Shown here in pieces: positions 55,101 through 64,000 of a stretch of 64,000 nucleotides of DNA. Position numbers and translations under genes: made by a program. The number at the start of each line of letters is the position of its first letter. The stretch's first letter is position 1. The notes beneath the pieces are model-generated. The model was not told the DNA's origin, did no database searches, and worked only from the letters and a program-made list of their open reading frames with translations. Source of the DNA: the human T2T-CHM13v2.0 reference genome, Homo sapiens; NCBI RefSeq assembly GCF_009914755.1, contig NC_060928.1; one strand, given 5' to 3'.

Positions 55101-56730
55101 CTATTCTTACAGCACACAAAATAAACTTTAAGTCTAACACTGTCTCAAGACATTGAGCATCATTATATAATGAGAAAGGAGTCAATTTATCAGGAGAATA
55201 TGACAATTGTAAACATATACACAGCCAACATAAGGGCACCTACATGTATAAAGCAAATATTAACAGAACTGAAGGGAGAAATAGATAGCAATACAATAAT
55301 GGTAGGGTACTTCGATACTCCACTTTCAACAATCAACAGATCATCCAGACAGAAAATCAATAATGAATTAACAGACTTCAATGACACTGTAGATTAAATG
55401 ATCCTAACAGACATGCCAACCAATAGCAGAACAGACATTCCTCTCAAACACACACATTCTTCAAGACAAATCATATGTCAGGCCACAAAAACGAAATTCA
55501 AAAGGTTGAAAATATTTTAAGTGCCTTTTCTGACCACAATGATATTACACTAGAAATTGATAAAAAAAAGAAATTGGAAAATTCACTAATCAATGATAAC
55601 ACCCTCCTAAATAATCAATGCACAAAATGAATGAAAATGTAAATAAAAAAACTTGAGACAAATTAAAATTTAAAATATACCAAAACTTATGGGATGCAAC
55701 AAAAGCAGCTCTAGAAGAGATTATAGTGATAAATGCCTACATAAAGAAAAAAAAGAACCTCAAATAAAAAACTTAATTTTACACCCAAAGAACTAGAAAA
55801 TAAGAACAAACTAAGCCCAAAGTTAGTAGAAGGAAGTCAATTATGAAGACAAGAGCATAAATGAATGAAATAGAGGTAAAAATACATAAAAAAGCAATAC
55901 AATTGAGATTCCTTTTGAAAATAATAATTAATTTACATTTAACCAGATTATAAAAAGAGAGAAAAGTCATATAAATAAAATTACAAATGCAAGAGGGGAC
56001 ACTATAACTGATAAATGCAAAGGACCAATAGAGACTACTATGAACAATCATACACCAAGAAATTGGATAACCTAGAAGAGATAGATAAATTTCTAAAAAA
56101 ATACAACCTACCAAGACGGAATCATGAAGAAATAGAAAATTTGAACAGACCCGTAATGATTAAATAGTAAAACAGTAACTAAAAGAATCACATCAATAAA
56201 AGCCCAGGACCTGATAGCTACACTTCTGTGTCCTACCAAACATTTTATTAAAATATTAATGCCAATCATTTTTTAAACTCTTCCAAAAAATTGAAGAAGA
56301 GACAATACTTCTTAAATCATTTTATGAGAATAATATCACCATAATACCAAAGGCAGACCAGGACACTACTAAAAAAAAAAAAACGAAAAAATTACAGGAC
56401 AATATCCTTGAAGAATACAGATTCACAAATTCTCAACAAAATACTAGCAAACCAAATTCACCAGCAATTTAATATGATGATACACCATGATCAAATAGAA
56501 TTTATCCCTGAGATACAAGATTGCTTCCACAGACACATATCAATCAATGTTATACGCCACATTAACAGAATGAAGAGCAAAATTTATACAATTCTCTTCA
56601 TAAATGCAGAAAATTATTTGACAAAATTTGACATGCTTTCATGATAAAAACTCCCAACAAATTGTGGTCGTACACAATAAATATATACAATTTTTATTTG
56701 CCACTTAGACATCAACAAAGCTGGAAAGTT
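52160..56730 (+). mobile_element. Old L1 (L1MA9/L1MB1-like) with 5'UTR, ORF1, 5' half of ORF2 and 3' tip; internally deleted
   Basis: 5' end gagagtgacatcagaaaaatg; ORF1 remnants (52713-52946); endonuclease 55170-55397 (TIVNIYTAN..IKQILTELKGEIDSNTIMVG); RT start 56408-56644 (KILANQIHQ..IHHDQ); 3' tip aaatatatacaatttttatttg. Confidence 0.9.
53297..53997 (+). mobile_element. L1PA (about L1PA4-5) 5'-inverted, twin-primed insertion
   Basis: Inverted part 53297-53833, sense part 53834-53997 with poly(A); perfect TSD aaaataaagaaatctt at 53281-53296 and 53998-54013. Confidence 0.95.
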
Positions 56731-57466
56731 TAGAATAAATTTTAATTTAAATAAAAACAATAACACTGATGCGGATAAATATTTCCAGAATCAGTAAAGA
56801 ACATTCTTTAGATGGGGTTACCACAAGCATGACAAGATAGGAAATTCACAAAATTATGTCTGAATGTCTAAGTGTCCTTTTGCACCTCTTTCTCTTACAC
56901 TGCCAGATTCACTCCTGCTTGCTGGGATTGGAGCGAACTAATTCTCGTCCTGCTGTTTCTAGGTCAAGCCAGTATGTCCCTGCCTAGATTCTACACACGT
57001 TGACATTTCAGCAGTTAATTACTTCTCCTACTGAGTGTTGTTCAAGGACCTGCACCATTGCATGACACACTATTAGATTACCATAATAAAGGAAGTGCTA
57101 ATTTAATTCACTATTGCAGAATATAAACTTAAGTAGAAGAAATGCCACAAGAAAAAAAACCTCTAGTAAAAAATTTATTTAGTTGGGAAGCTTTTAGTTC
57201 AAATCAACCTGTAAACAGCATTAATTGTGTGGCATTGTTTTTCTTCAGAGTACCAGAAATAATTTTAAAATTTTTCTAAACTTGTTAATATTAAGAAACA
57301 TTTAAAATTAGATTACTATTAATTCCCAAAATTAAGATTGCAAAAGTTGTCAGAATCAAAATGAAGTAATTTGTATGAAGCTCGAAACAAAAATAAAAAA
57401 TTGATAAATAAAGCCAGGAATTTAAGAATGGAAAGCCCTCGTGCACATATCCTATGATAAAAACTA

Positions 57467-57682
57467 TTTTTTTTTTTTTTTTTTGCAACAGAGTCTCGCT
57501 CTGGGGCGCTTGTAGCTGGGACTACAAGCGCCCGCCACCACGCCCGGCTAATTTTTTGTATTTTTAGTGGAGACGGGTTTCACCGTGTTAGCCAGGATGG
57601 TCTCGATCTCCTGACCTCGTGATCTGCCCGCCTCGGCCTTCCAAAGTGCTGGGATTACAGCCGTGAGCCACCGCGCCCGGCC
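57467..57682 (-). mobile_element. AluY with ~90-bp right-arm deletion
   Basis: ccgtgttagccaggatggtctcgatctcctgacctcgtg (AluY diagnostics), CpG-rich; junction ctctg|gggcgctt|gtagctggg. Confidence 0.95.
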
Positions 57683-57702
57683 AATTATTACCAACACTTT
57701 CT

Positions 57703-58014
57703 TTCTTTTTTTTTTCTTTTTTTTTTTTTTTTGAGACGGAGTCTCGCTGTCGCCCAGGCTGGAGTGCAGTGGCGCGATCTCGGCTCACTGCAAGCTCCGC
57801 CTCCCGGGTTCACGCCATTCTCCCATTCTCCTGCCTCAGCCTCCCGAGTAGCTGTGACTACAGGCTCCTGCCACTACGCCCGGCTAATTTTTTGTATTTT
57901 TAGTAGAGACGGGGTTTCACCATGTTAGCCAGGATGGTCTTGATCTCCTGACCTGGTGATCCGCCCGCTTCGGCCTCCCAAAGTGCTGGGATTACAGGCG
58001 TGAGCCACCGCGCC
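57703..58014 (-). mobile_element. AluY (possibly Ye lineage)
   Basis: gcaagctccgcctcccgggttcacgcc; 2-nt deletion ctcgctgtcgccc; ccattctc duplicated; TSD taccaacactttct / taccaagactttct. Confidence 0.96.
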
Positions 58015-58029
58015 TACCAAGACTTTCTA

Positions 58030-58341
58030 AAGGGTTTTTGCGCATATACACCTGTACTAAAAACTTTTGCTAAGGACTTTCCAAACTGCAGCTTGCTACG
58101 TGAGTCACGAGGACAACTAGCCAGATGCACAAGAACACTTGCCTGACTTACTGTCTCCACTAATAGACTAGCAACAACTCCTGTGATAAGCTGCTTTAAT
58201 CAATGTCCTCTTTTGTCTCAAAACAACTCTTTGGAGATGCCTATGGCCCCAATTGCTTGCATCTCCCACATTTGCAAATACCCTGGATGCTATCGCATAA
58301 ACTCACTATCTTTGGAGAATCTCTGGTCATTTAGATTGACA
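58030..58341 (+). mobile_element. ERV1-class LTR fragment (MER92-like)
   Basis: gacaactagccagatgcacaagaacacttgcctgac...caactcctgtgataagc...ataaactcactatctttggagaatc...gattgaca end. Confidence 0.55.
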
Positions 58342-58383
58342 TTTTAAAACTTCTTTACTTCCTGTTAAAAATTTTTGAGTAAC

Positions 58384-58713
<330 letters not shown>

Positions 58714-59158
58714 TTATAATGAATTTTACTTTAACCATTTACTTTGGCTGATTCATTGATGCACAAATTTCTGAACTTTAAAGTAATATCTGCTTCTTTG
58801 CATGAGCAAAGTTTATGGTTAAAAAGTCTAAGCTTACTACCTCCACTTCTTTAACTTTATTCATTTCTCACTGTGTAATTCCATCTTTCTTTAGTCTCAC
58901 TAGCTGCATCTCTAACACAATTGTTTTAAATACCAAAACGACACAGCTACTGTGATGATAAATATGTCAAAAACACTTAGAAAGAGACTTTATTTTAATT
59001 TTTAAAAACAGATTAATAAATTACATTCTTACTTTTTACTCACTACCTCAAGTCAGGGAACAATATACAGACAAAATAGTATATTTTTTAAAAGTTAACT
59101 TTACTGTTGATTAGATACTTAGCAAAAGTGGCTTTAAGTATTTGGCCAAAATACCTAC

Positions 59159-59356
59159 TGTATTTTTATTCATTTTGTAGTGCTATAACAGATCACCACA
59201 TATTAGGTAATTTATAAAGAAAATAAATTTATTTCTTACAGTTCTGAAGACTGGGAAGTTCAAGGTTAAGAGGCCAGAAATGCAGAAGGGCAAGAGAGTA
59301 CAAGGAATCAGGAGAACAACAGGGCACTGAATTTGTTTTTATAACAAGCCCATTCT
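59159..59356 (-). mobile_element. MSTC/MLT1A-like LTR, interrupted by an L1 and resuming at about 61081-61115
   Basis: gtgctataacag...aaatttatttcttacagttctgaagactgggaagttcaagg...ttttataacaagcccattct. Confidence 0.75.
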
Positions 59357-61080
59357 TTCCCATTTTGGAGGTTGCCTGTTCACTCTGATGAGAGTTTTGT
59401 TGTTGTTGTTATTGTTTGTTAGGCAGAAGCTCTTTAATTAGATTCCGTTTGTCAATATTGGCTTTTGTTGCAGGTGCTTTTGGTGTTTTAGTCATGAAGT
59501 CTTTGCCTATGCCTATGTCCTGAATTGTAGTGCCTAGGTTTTCTTTTAGGGTTTTTATGGTTTTAGGTCTTATATATAAATATTTAATCCACCTTGAGTG
59601 AATTTTTGTTTTTAGGTGTAAAGTAATTTTTGTTTTTAGGTAATTTTTGTGTGAAGCGTAAGGAAGGGGTCCAGTTTTAGTTTTTCGCATATGGCTAGTG
59701 AGTTTTCTCAACACCATTTATTAAATAGGGAATACTTTCCCCATGGCTTGTTTTTGTCAGGTTTGTCAAAGATCAGATGGTTGTAGATGTGTGGCATTAT
59801 TTCTAAGGCCTCTGTTCACCTCCATTGGTGTATTTATCTGTATTGGTACCAGTACCATGCTGTTTTGGTTACTGTAGCCTTATAGTACAGTTTGAAGTCA
59901 GGTAGTGTGATGCCTCCAGCTTTGTTCTTTTTGCTTAGGATTTCTCTTGGCTATACGGGCTAATTTTTGGTTCCACATAAAATTTAAAATAGTATTTTCT
60001 ATTTCAGTGGTAGCTTGATGGGGATAGCATTGAATCTATAAGTTACTTTGGGCAGTGTGGCCATTTCATGATATTGATCTTCCTATCCATGAACATGGAA
60101 TGTTTTTCCATTTGTTTGTGTCCTCTCTTATTTCCTTAAGCAGTGGTTTGTAGTTCTCCCTGAAGAGGTCCTTCACATCCCTTGTACTATCCAGAATCTA
60201 CAAGGAACTTAAATAACTTTACAAGAAAAAAACAAACAACCCCATCAAAAAGTGGGCAAAGGATATGAACAGACACTTTTCAAAAGAAGACATTTATGCT
60301 GCCAATGAACATATGAAAAAAAGCTCATCATCACTGGTCGTTAGAGAAATGCAAATCAAAACCACTATGAGATACCATCTCACACCAGTTAAAATGGAGA
60401 TCTTTAAAAAGTCAGGAAACAAGAGGTGCTGGAGAGGATGTGGAGAAATGGAAATAATTTTACACTGTTGGTTGGAGTGTAAATTAGTTCAACCATTGTG
60501 GAAGACAATGTGGTGATTCCTCAAGGATCTAGAACTAGAAATACCATTTGACCCAGCAATCCCATTACTGGGTATATAACCAAAGGATTATAAATCATTC
60601 TACTATAAAGACACATGCCCACATATGTTTATTGCAGCACTGTTCACAATAGCAAAGACTTGGAACCAACCCAAATGCCCATCAATGTTAGACTGGATAA
60701 AGAAAATGTGGTACATATACACCATGGAATACTAGGGAGCCATAAAAAATAATGAGTTCTTGTCCTTTGCAGGTACATGGATGAAGCTTGAAACCACCAT
60801 TCTAAGCAAACTAACACAGGAACAGAAAACCAAATACCACATGTTCTCACTCATAAGTGGGAGTTGAACATTGAGAACATATGGTCACAGGGAGGGGAAC
60901 ATCACACACTGGGGCCTTTCTGGGGTTGGGGGCAAGGGGAGGGATAACATTAGGAGAAATACCTAATGTAGATGATGGGTTGATGGGTTCAGCAAACCAC
61001 TGTGGCACATGTATACCTATGTAACCAACCTGCACATGTATCCAAGAACTTAAAGTATAATAAAGAAAAAAAAAATTTTA
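59357..61080 (+). mobile_element. L1PA (about L1PA7) 5'-inverted, twin-primed insertion
   Basis: Antisense ORF2 59357-60186, sense ORF2 end plus 3'UTR 60187-61075 ([14 protein letters not shown]...); TSD aagcccattct / aagtccattct. Confidence 0.93.
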
Positions 61081-61637
61081 AAGTCCATTCTCACAATGAC
61101 TAACCTATTCTCATGTTTTCCATTTTTTTTAAACACCACATGACTGTGGATAGAGATGAATTCTAGTTTGATTTGCCCTTACCCATAAGTACCCCTGGGA
61201 GGAACGTAAATGGGTAAACATATTCATGATATAAACATCTCTTGATGAGTAGTGTACAACTTCAAAAACTACGTTTATGTTTCTTCTCCAAAATCTGTTT
61301 GATTTTCTTGACATTCTCAGTTTTCTTACCCGACCAGTTCATCACCACTCACTGTCCTCAGTTTCCTTTTATATATTTTTTTCTTTCCTTCATTCTCTTT
61401 CATCCTCTCGGAAATAAAATCCTTATACTTTATAGCATCCATCCTTCACCCAAAAACACAATCTTAACTGTGCCTTCTGATAAATGTTATATGTTGTATC
61501 TACTGCATCTAAGAATTACATTAGGATCAGTTACAAATTACCTCAACTTCACCTATTCAAAGGAAAACCATGCAGAAGTTAAAAGTTGTAAAGTCATCTA
61601 TCATGACTTCAGTGGATGACATGCAAGGTGGGCAACC

Positions 61638-61715
61638 ACACATATGTAACTAACCTGCACAATGTGCACATGTACCCTAAAACTTAAAGTATAATAAAAA
61701 AAAGAAAAAAAAAGA
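61638..61715 (+). mobile_element. Very short young L1 3' tip (L1PA2/pre-Ta-like)
   Basis: acatatgtaactaacctgcacaatgtgcacatgtaccctaaaacttaaagtataat plus poly(A). Confidence 0.9.
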
Positions 61716-62954
61716 AATATTATGATAATATATTACTCCACAGGTCCTTAATGCATGTGACTCTATGTTCTTAAGTTTCTAACCATGTCCAGGTTTCCTT
61801 GCACTATCTTTTCTCATTTCTTTCAATGTTTAACTTCCCTTCTTAATGCTCTTAGGTATAAAAATTGCCAACTACATGCCAATTCAATGTAAAGTAGTGA
61901 GGTAAAAACCACAAAGAAGGAACAACATCTTAAAAGGAGAGAGATTAGAGGGAAGATAAAGCAGTCTCTAAAAGACTGCTAATAGTAAAATTTAAACAAG
62001 CTCTGGATTCCCTGAAAGCATTATTTTGAGGAAAAAATTGGTAGGAATATATTTCAAGAACTTTATTATGTTATTTTAGACTATTTTTTCTTCCTGGTAG
62101 TGGAAATCAAAGTAAAATCCTACCTGTTTTAAAAGGTTTTTGCTCAGCTTTAATGAAAAGGAAACACATTACATTGGTTTGACTATTTCTATACTTATAA
62201 AAGCCAGAGGCAAAATTCCAGATGATATTTTGTAAAAAAAAAAATACACACAATATTTTTGTTTTAAGGTAATATTCATCTTTGCAATCATGGGATAGTC
62301 TCTAATAACAACTGTATTGCTTGCTGTAATTGTCTCAAGGCTTGGTTATTTATTTATTTGCTAAGCATTTATCGCAGATAGTTTTACTGGTCTAATTATA
62401 TCAACAGAATTAGGGATGTCAGAATTGTTGTCTATTTAAATGAAGTAAACTAAAGTAGACCTTGGCCAAATTGCCCCCTCATTGAAGTTACCATGTCTTT
62501 AAGAAATGAAAATAACTTCTCTCAGAAGACAAGCAGCATAAAAAAAGGAAACTTACCAACTGATTTAATGAGAAAGAAGACACCTGAAAATAAGGCCAGG
62601 CACAAAAACAGGAAAAAAATCAGTTCAAGGACAAATTCATTAGAGAGAGATCAGTAACTTAGGAAAGATTTTTCTTCTAAACAGCAAAGATTTTTATTAT
62701 AAAACCCCATTATTTTATCATTAGGAGACTGCGTTACCAGGATTAAACTCCCACTTTCAAAAGACACAGCTATCAGTCAGAGGTCAAGGTTAAAGAAGGT
62801 AAATGGGTAATATCAAGCTTGACTTAATTAACAAATGTCTTGCCCATGTGTCTCTGCTTTATGTATTTTAAGCCCAGACTAGGGGCTGAATCACACCTAA
62901 CTTGGAAGGCCAGGATGAGTTAAAAGATAGATAGAGTGATAAATACACAGACAA

Positions 62955-63060
62955 ATACCTATTAATCTAGACATCTTTCCAAATAGAGGAAACTAGGCCT
63001 AAAGAAATTGTCAAGAAAATCAGTTCAAATGCCAAGAGATCTGACATCAATGATGTAGCA
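62955..63060 (-). mobile_element. MIR fragment
   Basis: tttccaaatagaggaaactaggcctaaaga. Confidence 0.5.
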
Positions 63061-63614
63061 CCATTGATATTCTATAGAACTGAAATAGCACCAACATTCA
63101 TGTCAAACTAACAACATAAATTAGCAGCAGGAGCACTGACATTAATAGGTTAAAGAAAGAGAAATACAAACATCAATAAGTCTAGCAAACACTCGATCAT
63201 TAATGGATGTTTCCTCAGCAGCACCATTCTTTAATCAAAAGGACATGGATATATAAAACCTTGTTAGAATTGGTCATTCTGGAGAACATAACACAACTTA
63301 AGCTACTATCCAGCACTTTCAGACTTGGATGGCATTCAACATGCAATGTCCTTTCTCCTCACCTGTCACTTTTTCTGAAGTGGTTATCATTTTGAGGGTT
63401 TTCTTAAGAAGCTTATAGTTGCTCCTTTTGTATCCTACGTGGTGTTCACTTTCTTAAATAGTTCTTTTCCATATTGTCCTTTGAAAATTCATTTGTCAGG
63501 GGCTCCATTTCTGCACAAAAAGTGAGTCAATCTAAAATAAAATCATTGATTGTAAATGAAAGTGGTAATGACATATATGAGCCTCAAACTGTTTATCAGA
63601 AGTCTTTTATAATT

Positions 63615-63830
63615 CACAATTTATTAAGCCTATAGCAAGTATCTGTTGAAAGCCAACTGTCAGAAATGGAGTTAAATGCTATGAACATGAATGCAAGCAA
63701 CATAAAATGAATTCCCTCAAGGACTGTATCATGGAAAAAATGATGTAAACAGGCAAATGTGATTTATTATGAGAGAATAAATCTGATAGTATTTATATCA
63801 ACTAAGCAGGTTAGAGGATGGAGGATTTCA
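63615..63830 (-). mobile_element. L2 3' fragment
   Basis: caagtatctgttgaaagccaactgtcag...aaatgctatgaac...ccctcaagga. Confidence 0.5.
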
Positions 63831-63909
63831 AAGATGGCATTGCTACTTCTCATGGCAAAAATGGACTATTGTATGCTCTACTAGTATGTTCTACCAATTT
63901 TGATAATTG

Positions 63910-64000
63910 CATACTATTTGTCGTAGGCTGCCATCATTAAATATCACAGACTAGAAGACATACGAACAATAGAAATTTATTTCTCACAACTCTACAGCTG
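63910..64000 (-). mobile_element. MLT1-type LTR, continuing beyond the window
   Basis: aggctgccatcattaaatatcacagactag...aacaatagaaatttatttctcacaactct. Confidence 0.75.

Overview
AT-rich, CpG-poor primate (human-like) non-coding DNA, either intergenic or deep intronic, made mostly of interspersed repeats. These include L1s from ancient L1M to young L1PA, Alus (J, S, Y), MIR, L2, MER3/MER33 DNA transposons, MaLR elements (MST, THE1, MLT1), ERV1-type solo LTRs and three decayed class III (ERVL-type) proviruses. I find no supportable host protein-coding exon, RNA gene or CRISPR array. The listed ORFs are either transposon remnants or chance ORFs, and I see no evidence for a new functional gene system. 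The interesting signal is mechanistic: nested insertions with readable target-site duplications (TSDs), two twin-primed inverted L1s, an AluY deletion with a fold-back filler that copies a private mutation, a TSD-flanked L1PB-5'UTR/L1MC-3' chimera, a tRNA-Ser-primed ancient provirus and a very short young L1 without a TSD. Subfamily names come from recalled consensus sequences, not from a search, so they need RepeatMasker/Dfam confirmation. Boundaries of old elements are approximate.
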